From Bacteroidota bacterium (GTDB taxonomy: Bacteria > Bacteroidota > Bacteroidia > Bacteroidales > JAADJA01): DNA of 64,000 nt. Below, one piece after another: positions 28,406 to 37,375 of this stretch. Both the position numbers and the translations under genes were made by a program. Position 1 is the first letter of the stretch. The number at the start of each line of letters is the position of its first letter. The notes beneath the pieces are model-generated. The model was given only the letters and a program-made list of their open reading frames with translations, did not search any database and was not told the origin of the DNA. The stretch covers positions 672,817-736,816 of the forward strand of contig JAHLKX010000002.1 of assembly GCA_020444515.1 (NCBI GenBank). The letters are read 5' to 3'.

Positions 28406-29500
28406 TTATAGATAATTAACAGAGTTTGTGTTTGTCTCTGAAATAAGGACTGCAAAATTAGAAAATTTTTTGATTAAAAGGCTCGAAATTAAATCTTTTG
28501 CGAATTGCTCACTTTCAAAATGACCGATATCGGCAATCACCATCTTCGAGTCACCCTCAAAAAAATCATGATATTTAACATCACCCGTCAGAAAAATATC
28601 AGCCCCCGACCGCAAAGCATCATGGATCAGGAAGCTTCCAGCACCTCCGCAAAGGGCAACTGTTCTTATATTTTTTTTATTCAACCCGGAGTGACGGATA
28701 CAGGGGGTTCCGGTAACTGATTTGACAAACTCCAAAAATTGCTTTTCTTCCATTGTTTTTTCTAATTCTCCAACCATTCCTGCTCCTGTTTGTTCGAAAA
28801 CATTGCCCAGTGGATAAATATCGTAAGCGACTTCTTCATAAGGATGAGCTTCTTGCATAGCCTGGATCACCTTCTTTTCAATATAAACCGGATAAATGGT
28901 CTCGATCCTGACCTCGGGCTCAACGTGCAGTTGGCCTTTTTCGCCAACAAAAGGATTGGTATCTTCTGATCCCCGGAATGTCCCTTGCCCTTCTGCATTA
29001 AAACTGCAACTGTCATAATTCCCTATGCGGCCGGCACCAGCTGTAAAAAGAGCTTCTCGCACCACATCAGCATGAGATATAGGACAAAAGGTGACAATTT
29101 TTCGAAGCATTTCTTTTTTAACTGCCAGGATCCGGGTATTGATCAATCCCAGTTTTTTACTTAAAATTCCGTTTATGCCATTTTGAATATTATCCAGATT
29201 GGTATGGATGGCGTAGATGGCTAAATCTTTTTTAATGGCCATAGAAACAACCCTTTCAACTGCGTTTCTGCCAGTAATTGATTTTAATCCTTTGAAAATG
29301 ACAGGATGATGGGCAATGATTAAATTACAGTTTTTACCGATTGCCTCCTCCAGAACAGCTTCCGTTACATCCAGCGTGACCAGGGCCCCAATGATTTCCT
29401 GTTCCCTATTGCCGATTAATAACCCTGAGTTATCATAGGATTCCTGAAGATATAGGGGTGCAAATTTTTCCAGTTCATGAATGATCGTATCCAGTTTCAT
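28406..29500 (-). CDS. Nif3-family dinuclear metal-centre protein
   Basis: Carries the family motifs LIIAHHPVIFKG and AIHTNLDN, has a central inserted domain, and is 364 aa long. Confidence 0.85.
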   Translation of the reverse strand: MKLDTIIHELEKFAPLYLQESYDNSGLLIGNREQEIIGALVTLDVTEAVLEEAIGKNCNLIIAHHPVIFKGLKSITGRNAVERVVSMAIKKDLAIYAIHTNLDNIQNGINGILSKKLGLINTRILAVKKEMLRKIVTFCPISHADVVREALFTAGAGRIGNYDSCSFNAEGQGTFRGSEDTNPFVGEKGQLHVEPEVRIETIYPVYIEKKVIQAMQEAHPYEEVAYDIYPLGNVFEQTGAGMVGELEKTMEEKQFLEFVKSVTGTPCIRHSGLNKKNIRTVALCGGAGSFLIHDALRSGADIFLTGDVKYHDFFEGDSKMVIADIGHFESEQFAKDLISSLLIKKFSNFAVLISETNTNSVNYL

Positions 29501-29574
29501 AAGCCAAAGAATTATGAGGTAAAATTAAGCCAAAAATCTTAGTTGCTGAAATAATGCAACGTCAAAACAATTTG

Positions 29575-29582
29575 TACTTTTA
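29575..29582 (+). promoter_or_regulatory. near-consensus -7 box TACTTTTA 4 nt upstream of the preferred lpxK ATG
   Basis: tactttta at 29575-29582, with the ATG at 29587. Confidence 0.35.
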
Positions 29583-29586
29583 TCGG

Positions 29587-30675
29587 ATGCAATTACTGCG
29601 AATACTTTTATATCCAATCAGTCTTTTATTTGGACTGTTGACATTTTTCAGGAATAAATTATATGACTGGGAGGTATTGTCATCAAAATTCTTTGATGTA
29701 CCAGTCATTGCTATTGGGAACTTGTCGACGGGTGGTACCGGCAAGACTCCTCATGTAGAGTATCTGATTCGCCTTTTGAAAGATCAATACAGGATTGCTA
29801 TATTGAGTCGCGGATATAAGAGAAAAACAAAGGGTTTTATACTGGCTGCGCAGCATCATAGCTTCATGGAAATCGGAGATGAACCCACCCAATTTTACTC
29901 CAAATTTGATGATATACATGTGGCGGTTGATGAGAATCGGGTACATGGGATAGAGAAGCTACTTGAACTGCAAGATCCCCCTGAAGTTATTTTGCTCGAT
30001 GATGCTTTTCAGCATCGGAAGGTTAAGCCGGGCTATTCAATTTTATTGACTGATTTTTATAATCTTTATGCCAGGGATCATATGCTGCCGACTGGTAATT
30101 TGCGGGAGTTCAAGTCAGGATCCCAAAGGGCCGATGTCATTATCGTTACCAAGTCGCCCAAAGTACTATCACCTTTTACCCGTCAGCGGGTAACCAAAGA
30201 ATTAAAACCAAATAAGGGACAGCACCTGTTTTTTTCATACATCCGACACGGTAAATTGACTGCGATTCCCGGTGTTGATTTCAAGCCGGAAGGTCGCAGT
30301 CGTTATTCAGCGGCATTGCTGGTGGCTGGTATTGCCAATCCCTATCCGCTTGAGATGTACCTGAAAGATAAAATTAATCATGTTGAAACGCTGATATTTC
30401 CTGATCACCATCATTTTACCGGAAAAGCTGTGGAAGATATTATAGAACGATTCGACCGGATTCTGATAAAAAATAAGATCATGGTCACAACAGAAAAAGA
30501 CATGATGCGTTTAAAACATCCAGATCTATTAATTAAACTTAAAACCCTTCCGCTGTGCTATGTTCCGATGGAAATCAGGATCAATAAAGACGATCGGGAG
30601 GAATTTGATAAATCCATTTTGAAATATGTTAAAGAAACTAGAGGAAACAACCCATTACATCAAACAAAAGATTGA
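29587..30675 (+). CDS. lpxK: tetraacyldisaccharide 4'-kinase
   Basis: Has the P-loop GNLSTGGTGKTP and the typical N-terminus MQLLRILLYPISLLF from the ATG at 29587. The ORF track start is 29554. Confidence 0.85.
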   Translation: MQLLRILLYPISLLFGLLTFFRNKLYDWEVLSSKFFDVPVIAIGNLSTGGTGKTPHVEYLIRLLKDQYRIAILSRGYKRKTKGFILAAQHHSFMEIGDEPTQFYSKFDDIHVAVDENRVHGIEKLLELQDPPEVILLDDAFQHRKVKPGYSILLTDFYNLYARDHMLPTGNLREFKSGSQRADVIIVTKSPKVLSPFTRQRVTKELKPNKGQHLFFSYIRHGKLTAIPGVDFKPEGRSRYSAALLVAGIANPYPLEMYLKDKINHVETLIFPDHHHFTGKAVEDIIERFDRILIKNKIMVTTEKDMMRLKHPDLLIKLKTLPLCYVPMEIRINKDDREEFDKSILKYVKETRGNNPLHQTKD

Positions 30676-31444
30676 TTTTGAACCCCAGGTGGGAATTGTT
30701 CTGGGAACAGGCCTGGGTGGGTTAACAAAAGAAATTCAGAATGTTGGAAGTTTACCATATCTTGAAATTCCCAATTTTCCTGTTTCAACCGTCAAGGGTC
30801 ATGAAGGAAAACTGATTTTTGGTAAACTGGGGGGTAAAAATGTCGTGGCCATGCAAGGTCGGTTTCATTATTATGAAGGATACACTATGCAGGAACTCAC
30901 CTTTCCAATAAGGGTTATGAAATTATTGGGAATCAATTTGTTAATCCTTTCCAATGCTGCCGGCGGTGTTAATCCAAACTATGAAATTGGTGATCTGATG
31001 GTCATCAATGATCATATCAACCTGATGGGCGCCAATCCTCTGATCGGAAAAAACGATGTGGATCTCGGACCAAGATTTCCGGATATGAGCGAGGCCTATG
31101 ATAAAAAAGTGATCCGGGAATTTACCAAAATTGCCCGCCAGCATTCAATTCATTTTCAGGTGGGGGTATATGCGGCCGTTAGCGGGCCTACCTTTGAAAC
31201 ACCGGCTGAGTACAAATACATCCGGGTGTTGGGTGCAGATGCGGTGGGTATGTCCACCGTACCTGAAGCTATTGTAGCAAGACATATGGGTTTGCCTGTT
31301 TTTGCCGTATCAGTAATTTCCGATCTGGGTGTAGAAGGCAAGATCGTTGAAATTTCGCACGATGATGTTATCGATGCTGCCAGTTTGGTAGAACCCAAGA
31401 TGACACTTATCCTGAAAGAATTGTTAGGAAAAATAAATTTATAG
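30626..31444 (+). CDS. purine nucleoside phosphorylase (trimeric PNP family)
   Basis: Carries GIVLGTGLGG, GRFHYYEG, SNAAGG and GMSTVPE motifs. It overlaps the lpxK 3' end by 50 nt. Confidence 0.85.
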   Translation: MLKKLEETTHYIKQKIDFEPQVGIVLGTGLGGLTKEIQNVGSLPYLEIPNFPVSTVKGHEGKLIFGKLGGKNVVAMQGRFHYYEGYTMQELTFPIRVMKLLGINLLILSNAAGGVNPNYEIGDLMVINDHINLMGANPLIGKNDVDLGPRFPDMSEAYDKKVIREFTKIARQHSIHFQVGVYAAVSGPTFETPAEYKYIRVLGADAVGMSTVPEAIVARHMGLPVFAVSVISDLGVEGKIVEISHDDVIDAASLVEPKMTLILKELLGKINL

Positions 31445-31455
31445 GCGAAAGAACT

Positions 31456-31917
31456 TTATTCTTCAAAGACCTTTTCGGCTAATGATTCCGACCAGTTAAC
31501 CACGCGCTCGCGTTCAGCAATTGTCAGTTTTGCTTCAGGATGAATGATGGTATAAATCGTCAGTGGCATTCCTCCTTCACCGACTTCGTCTCCAATTTCA
31601 TCCAGCAGATTTAGTTTTTCCCTTTTGTCAAACTGATTCCATTTACTGAAGTCGAGATTGTTACGTCCATGCCTTACATCTTTGGCCACCTGCCAGGATG
31701 CCGGTGCTACATAGGCATACCAAGGATAATATACCTCTTGCGAGTGACAATCATAACACGCATTCCGGATGATTTCCTCAACATCCTCAGGAACCTCATT
31801 TTCGACAAAAAAATCGTAGTTCCCCTGTTCATTAACAGGTCGGTTGGCTGGAATTAATTGAATTACAATAAATGCAGCCAATAAAACCAGAAGGATAATA
31901 CGTAATTCTTTACCCAT
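31456..31917 (-). CDS. heme-binding-domain protein (single CXXCH)
   Basis: Has an N-terminal anchor or signal and the sequence CYDCHSQEVYYPWYAYVAPASWQVAKDVRHGRNNLDFSKW, which matches my memory of the 'Haem_bd' family pattern. Confidence 0.7.
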   Translation of the reverse strand: MGKELRIILLVLLAAFIVIQLIPANRPVNEQGNYDFFVENEVPEDVEEIIRNACYDCHSQEVYYPWYAYVAPASWQVAKDVRHGRNNLDFSKWNQFDKREKLNLLDEIGDEVGEGGMPLTIYTIIHPEAKLTIAERERVVNWSESLAEKVFEE

Positions 31918-31920
31918 TTT

Positions 31921-32334
31921 TTAGTTTCCCATCATTTCTTCTGCAGTGGTTTTTGCCCATTCTTTTAGACGGGATGCTTCTTCCTTGGTTAGCGCTTTAT
32001 CTGGATATTTGTTCAGAAACTTTTCCGGCGGCATTTCATTTTCTTCTACAACAGAATGAATGTCATCCAGTTTAGCCACAATTTTTGCCTTGGAAAGGTT
32101 GGGTAATTCATCCAGTAGTAATTTCTTTTTAGCCTTATCCGATTGTGCATCCACATTGTGGCATCCAAAGCATGACTTTTCAAGGATGGCATTCACATCG
32201 TCGGGAATGGTAAGATTTTCTCCTGGATTGGGTGCTGATGACTGAGATTCAGGATAAGAGATGAAAGCTGTAAACCCAATAAATAGTAAAACTGAGAGGG
32301 GTGAAACAAATCGAGAGGTGTTTTTGAATTTCAT
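31921..32334 (-). CDS. small secreted CXXCH (c-type heme motif) protein
   Basis: 137 aa with a signal peptide and the motif CFGCHN. Its stop lies 3 nt before the next gene's start. Confidence 0.6.
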   Translation of the reverse strand: MKFKNTSRFVSPLSVLLFIGFTAFISYPESQSSAPNPGENLTIPDDVNAILEKSCFGCHNVDAQSDKAKKKLLLDELPNLSKAKIVAKLDDIHSVVEENEMPPEKFLNKYPDKALTKEEASRLKEWAKTTAEEMMGN

Positions 32335-32426
32335 AATGTTTGTATTTGGTAATTTGATCGTGTTATGTTCAAAACAACAACCAACAAAATAAAAAGTTTA
32401 TTTCCATAATAATTACTAATGACAAC

Positions 32427-32918
32427 TTAATCCGAAAAATCAAGTATTACCAACCGCCACTTTTGATCTTCCAGTTTATACTTTCTTGTTATTAGCGGTT
32501 TTAGTAAGAGCCCTGAAGCTATCAAACTGCCACTGATGATAAGGGTTTCTGATGGAACAACGGGTTGGTCAGCATTGATCAAGCCATTGAGGGTGCTGAT
32601 GGATAAATATGCGATTCCTGCCGTTAGGAGAACCCTGTTTAAAAAGCGAAACCCCCATCTGTTTCGGTAAATGATGCCAATGTCATTCAGCAGCACTTCC
32701 AAACCATTGCTAAAAATAATACTGGAATCGGATATTTTCCCAATTGCTCCACCAATATCAAAAGCCCCTTTTTTGAGTTGAAGATGAAGATGCTGATCGG
32801 CATAGTATTTATAATTGTGTGTAGTCCCGGGTTTTTCTAAAACCAAAATGTTTTGTGTTTGACCAGTTGATATAGTCAGAAACCCCAGCATCAAATATAT
32901 GGAAACATATTTCAACAT
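32427..32918 (-). CDS. hypothetical membrane protein
   Basis: 163 aa with a signal peptide, a short soluble segment and two C-terminal hydrophobic spans. No motif was recognised. Confidence 0.5.
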   Translation of the reverse strand: MLKYVSIYLMLGFLTISTGQTQNILVLEKPGTTHNYKYYADQHLHLQLKKGAFDIGGAIGKISDSSIIFSNGLEVLLNDIGIIYRNRWGFRFLNRVLLTAGIAYLSISTLNGLINADQPVVPSETLIISGSLIASGLLLKPLITRKYKLEDQKWRLVILDFSD

Positions 32919-33013
32919 TTCATCACGAATTTAAAACTATTTTGCAATACAATGCTAAACAACTCCCCTAAAAATTGTTAAATCAATCAATCTAATCATC
33001 GATGGGCAATTTG

Positions 33014-33021
33014 TAACTTTG
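33014..33021 (+). promoter_or_regulatory. -7 box TAACTTTG for the TlpA-like gene
   Basis: taactttg, 18 nt upstream of the ATG at 33040. It overlaps the TTG at 33019 used by the ORF track. Confidence 0.45.
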
Positions 33022-33039
33022 TGGCAAAGTTTAATAAAC

Positions 33040-34212
33040 ATGCGAAATTCATATTTAATTATATTGATGGTAATTGTATTTTGGAGTTGCCAGGATCAAC
33101 CCGGATCTGAAATTTCATCTGTTGAAGGTAGTTTCCCTCAGCTGGCTGGTGACCAGATAACCATTGAAGAACTGGAGGTTCGCAAAACCATTGCCATGGA
33201 CTCGGCGGTGATTGATAAGATGGGTCATTTCCGGTTTGATTTTGAGATAGCTGATGCCGGGTTTTATGTGCTCAAAACTACGGATGACAACCTGCTATTA
33301 TTGCAACTTGAGAAAGGAGAACATGTGAAATTAAGCTCCAATGAAGATCCATTTTTCAGGGGTTACGAAGTAACCGGTTCCCCCGGTTCTGAGTACTTAA
33401 GAGATTTTGAATATTTCATGCAATCTCAGCGGGACCGGATCGATTCTATTGCAACGGTTTATTATGATGCACGTGGTCAAGAAAACTTTATGGAAGTCAA
33501 AACCCGACTCGATTCTGTTTATGATGCCATTGTTGACGATCACCGGCATTATATCCGGGATTTTGTGAAGGCTCATCCTTCATCCCTCACATCGCTTATT
33601 GTCATTAATCGGAGTTTGGGACAAAACAACGTTTTGGATGAAGAAAAGGATTTCAAACTTTTTCATACAATCGACAGTGCACTGATGGAAAAATATCCTG
33701 ATAATAAACATGCACTTGATCATCACGAACGTGTGAAAGAAATACAAGGTAGAATTTTTGATCGACGGATCGCCGAAGAAAAAGTTATGGCCGGTAAAAA
33801 AGCACCCGATATTGTATTGAATGATACTGCCGGAAATCCATTTTCGCTAAAGAGTTTTACGGGTCATCCCACCATTCTTCAATTCTGGACTGGCTGGAGT
33901 GCCAGGTCAAGAGAAGACAATCAGACCCTGATAAAAATTTATCCAGACCTTCAGAAACGAGGCTTTAAGATACTTGGTGTTTCACTTGATGAAAATGCTG
34001 TGGTATGGAAGGGCGCCGTGAAAATTGATCAGCTTCCCTGGAAACAGGTAAGTTCTCTGCAGGGATTACATTCTGAAATTGCAAAAACATATAATTTGCC
34101 ATCAGAGCTGCCTTTTTATTATTTACTGGATGACAAATTGGTGATCCGGTATAAGAATAGTTCCCTTGATTCGGTCCTAATTCATCTGGATCAATTAACT
34201 TTACGACATTAA
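33040..34212 (+). CDS. TlpA/AhpC-like thioredoxin-fold lipoprotein with DUF4369-like N-domain; active-site cysteines absent
   Basis: Lipoprotein signal MRNSYLIILMVIVFWSC. The C-terminal domain aligns to TlpA-type proteins (KAPDIVLND..G..FSLKSF.G.PTILQFW, GFKILGVSLDE), but WCxxC reads WSARS. Confidence 0.75.
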   Translation: MRNSYLIILMVIVFWSCQDQPGSEISSVEGSFPQLAGDQITIEELEVRKTIAMDSAVIDKMGHFRFDFEIADAGFYVLKTTDDNLLLLQLEKGEHVKLSSNEDPFFRGYEVTGSPGSEYLRDFEYFMQSQRDRIDSIATVYYDARGQENFMEVKTRLDSVYDAIVDDHRHYIRDFVKAHPSSLTSLIVINRSLGQNNVLDEEKDFKLFHTIDSALMEKYPDNKHALDHHERVKEIQGRIFDRRIAEEKVMAGKKAPDIVLNDTAGNPFSLKSFTGHPTILQFWTGWSARSREDNQTLIKIYPDLQKRGFKILGVSLDENAVVWKGAVKIDQLPWKQVSSLQGLHSEIAKTYNLPSELPFYYLLDDKLVIRYKNSSLDSVLIHLDQLTLRH

Positions 34213-34227
34213 TTAAAACACCTGAAT

Positions 34228-35007
34228 TTGACAAAAGAGAACGGTAAAAAGATATATTTTGTTTCGGATTGCCATTTTGGTGTGCCAAACCGGGAACAAT
34301 CCCGAAAAAGAGAGGAGCGTTTCATCGCCTGGCTGGATGAAATCATAACCGATGCAGAAGCTATTTATATTATGGGCGATCTGTTTGAGTTTTGGTTCGA
34401 GTATAAAACCGTAATTCAAAAGGGTTATATAAGATTGCTTGGCAAACTTGCGGAAGTCAGTGATGCTGGCATTCCTATTTATTTTTTCAGGGGAAATCAT
34501 GATGTGTGGGCCTTCGATTACCTGGCTGATGAGCTGAATTTCAAGATCTATCCGGATACCCTAATTACGACATTGAAGGGACACAAATTTTTCCTTGGCC
34601 ATGGCGATGGATTAGGCCATGGTGATAATGGATACAAGTTCCTGAAAAAGGTTTTTCGAAATCGGCTCAACCAGTTTTTATTTCGCTGGCTCCATCCTGA
34701 TATTGGCACGGGTATGGGACTTTACTGGTCGAATAAAAGTCGGGTGGCCAATGAGAACCATGGACTGGAAGCTGTGAACCAGGCCGGTATCGATCGGATA
34801 GCCGGATACTGTAATGAAGTTTTGAGAAAAGATCCGGATATCGAATACTTTATATTTGGACATGTTCACCGGCCTGAAGTAATTGACCTGAATGGAAAGG
34901 CCAAGTATTATAGCATTGGAGACTGGATCAATTATTACTCCTACCTGGTTTATGATGGCGAAAAAGTGGAACATCATTATTTCAAAAAAGAAATTGCAAA
35001 AACATGA
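34228..35007 (+). CDS. lpxH: UDP-2,3-diacylglucosamine diphosphatase (LpxH-type metallophosphoesterase)
   Basis: Carries YFVSDCHFG, GDLFEFW, GNHD, GHGD and GHVH motifs. The start is a TTG. Confidence 0.7.
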   Translation: MTKENGKKIYFVSDCHFGVPNREQSRKREERFIAWLDEIITDAEAIYIMGDLFEFWFEYKTVIQKGYIRLLGKLAEVSDAGIPIYFFRGNHDVWAFDYLADELNFKIYPDTLITTLKGHKFFLGHGDGLGHGDNGYKFLKKVFRNRLNQFLFRWLHPDIGTGMGLYWSNKSRVANENHGLEAVNQAGIDRIAGYCNEVLRKDPDIEYFIFGHVHRPEVIDLNGKAKYYSIGDWINYYSYLVYDGEKVEHHYFKKEIAKT

Positions 35008-37367
35008 AAAAAATCATCTTCTTATTAATTGCATTGACTTTTGTAACATTTGGAATGAAGGCACAAAATCATCAGGCCTGCTCCCATAAAGCGTCTTTTC
35101 AAAAATCTTGGATCAGTGATACTTTGGATGCCATCAGCTATACCATCTATTTGAACGATATAGATTTTGTCAATCAGGAAATCAATGCCCAAACAGATGT
35201 GTTGTTGTCCAGTAAGATCGACAATCTTGATCATATTACACTCGAATTGCAGGCACTCACTGTAGATTCGGTATTTATTGACGATGAAAAAATCGAATCC
35301 TTCAGCCATTCGGGTAATTTTTTGCTCATCCCGTTATCAATGCCAATCTCAAGTGGTGAAAATGTCGCAGCCAGTATATATTATCATGGCCAGCCTTTTC
35401 ATGAAGATTGGGGTGGATTTCACTGGTCAGGTGGGTATGCTTTTAATCTGGGAGTTGGTTTTGTAAGTATTCCACATAATCTTGGTAAAACCTGGTTTCC
35501 CTGCATCGATGATTTCCGTGACAGGGCTACCTACGAACTTTATGTGACCGTTGATAATGCATTGGATGCTGTTGGTGGTGGGGTTTTACAGGAGGTTGTC
35601 ATCAATGGAGACGGGACCCATACCTATCACTGGAAACTGGACCAAACCATCCCTACTTATCTCGCATCTGTTGCTGTGGGTGATTATGCCCGCTGGACAG
35701 GAACCTTTAATGGTATCAATGGGGATATCCCCATCGGCATTTGGGTAAAACCGCAGGATTCATCCAAGGTAGACGGAACCTTTCAACATTTGGATGAAAT
35801 GATGGCCCTTTTTGAGGAAAAATTCGGGCCGTATCGTTGGGATCGTATTGGTTATGTTGGAACCGGTATAGGTGCAATGGAACATGTTACCAACATTGCA
35901 TTGCCCCACAATATGATCAACGGAGGAACATCTTATGAAACGTATGTGGCGCATGAACTATCCCATATGTGGTTTGGTGATAATGTTACCTGTGCAACGG
36001 CGGAGGATATGTGGCTCAATGAAGGTTGGGCTGTTTTTTCCGATGCTTTGGTGCAGCAAGCACTTTACGGGGACGAACAATACCGTGAGTTTTTTCGTGA
36101 TATGCATAAAAATGTCATCCAGTTTTGCCATACATCAGGGGGAGACGGCAGTTATTTCCCAATCAATCAAATCCCACAGGAAGTTACTTATGGGATGAGT
36201 GCTTATGATCGGGGAGCTACCATCGCCCATTCGTTAAGAGGCTATCTGGGTGATGAATTATTCTTTGGAGCGCTGGCAGCCTACCAGGAAAATTTTAAAT
36301 ATGCAGCTGCTTCCTCTTACGACATGCGTGATATAATGACCACTTACACCGGAATCGATCTGGCGCCCTGGTTCGATAACTGGGTGTTCCATTCGGGAAC
36401 GCCGCATTATTCAGTTGATTCAATGACTGTTCTGCCCAATACAGCAGGAGCAGAAGTAACCGTTTATCTAAAGCAGAAACGGCATGGGCCTGCTTTCATA
36501 GGTGATGCAAATAAAATTGAACTCACTTTTTTGAATGATCAATGGACCATGGTTTCGGAGGAGGTGATGTTCGATGGTGAAACCGGCAGTGCAGTATTGC
36601 AACTTCCCATTGTTCCTGAAGCTGTTATTCCCGATTTAAATGAAAAACAATGTGATGCCATTACAGACGAGGCTATGACCATAAAGGAGCCCGGAAGCCT
36701 CAATTTTGTCAATACCTTTTTTGAAATGGAAGTTGAAGCGGTGACCGATTCTGCTTTTATCTGGGTAGGCCATCAGTGGGCACCACCTGATCCCCTGCAA
36801 AATCCCATTCAGGGTCTTACCATTTCTGATTATCGCTACTGGATCATTGATGGAATTTTTCCCGAAGATTTTAATGCAACGGGGGTATTTTGGTACAACA
36901 GGAATGCCCACCTCGACGATGGAATTATCAACAGTGAGGCAGATTCAGTGGTGATCCTGTATCGCCCATCACCGGCTTATGACTGGCAATTTATCGACTT
37001 CACCAAAATTGGGTTGTGGAGCATTGGTAAATTATTTATTGAAAACCTTCAAAAAGGTGAATACACCATTGCGGTATGCGATGATACTTTTGTTGGAACG
37101 AAGAAGCATAAAATTGAATCATTGGGTTTCAGGGTTTCACCTAATCCTTCCGGATCCCTATTCCATATTGAAACAAAATATGCCGGAACCCTTCATTTTT
37201 ATGATTCAACAGGTAAGCCAATTGGTATGAAGACAGTTAAAAAGAACCAGAAATCATTGACCTGGCAACCAAATCATCTGTCTGCCGGCACTTATTTCGT
37301 TCGATATATCTCGGATGACCATAAACCTCTTGGTGTCGAAAAACTGATTCTTACCAAAGACCAATAA
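35004..37367 (+). CDS. M1-family zinc aminopeptidase with T9SS C-terminal sorting domain
   Basis: Has a signal peptide, the zinc site HELSHMWFGD...NEGWAVF, and a C-terminal CTD (VSPNPSGSLFHIET...GTYFVRYISDD...KLILTK). Its ATG overlaps the lpxH stop (ATGA). Confidence 0.85.
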   Translation: MKKIIFLLIALTFVTFGMKAQNHQACSHKASFQKSWISDTLDAISYTIYLNDIDFVNQEINAQTDVLLSSKIDNLDHITLELQALTVDSVFIDDEKIESFSHSGNFLLIPLSMPISSGENVAASIYYHGQPFHEDWGGFHWSGGYAFNLGVGFVSIPHNLGKTWFPCIDDFRDRATYELYVTVDNALDAVGGGVLQEVVINGDGTHTYHWKLDQTIPTYLASVAVGDYARWTGTFNGINGDIPIGIWVKPQDSSKVDGTFQHLDEMMALFEEKFGPYRWDRIGYVGTGIGAMEHVTNIALPHNMINGGTSYETYVAHELSHMWFGDNVTCATAEDMWLNEGWAVFSDALVQQALYGDEQYREFFRDMHKNVIQFCHTSGGDGSYFPINQIPQEVTYGMSAYDRGATIAHSLRGYLGDELFFGALAAYQENFKYAAASSYDMRDIMTTYTGIDLAPWFDNWVFHSGTPHYSVDSMTVLPNTAGAEVTVYLKQKRHGPAFIGDANKIELTFLNDQWTMVSEEVMFDGETGSAVLQLPIVPEAVIPDLNEKQCDAITDEAMTIKEPGSLNFVNTFFEMEVEAVTDSAFIWVGHQWAPPDPLQNPIQGLTISDYRYWIIDGIFPEDFNATGVFWYNRNAHLDDGIINSEADSVVILYRPSPAYDWQFIDFTKIGLWSIGKLFIENLQKGEYTIAVCDDTFVGTKKHKIESLGFRVSPNPSGSLFHIETKYAGTLHFYDSTGKPIGMKTVKKNQKSLTWQPNHLSAGTYFVRYISDDHKPLGVEKLILTKDQ

Positions 37368-37375
37368 TAATAACC

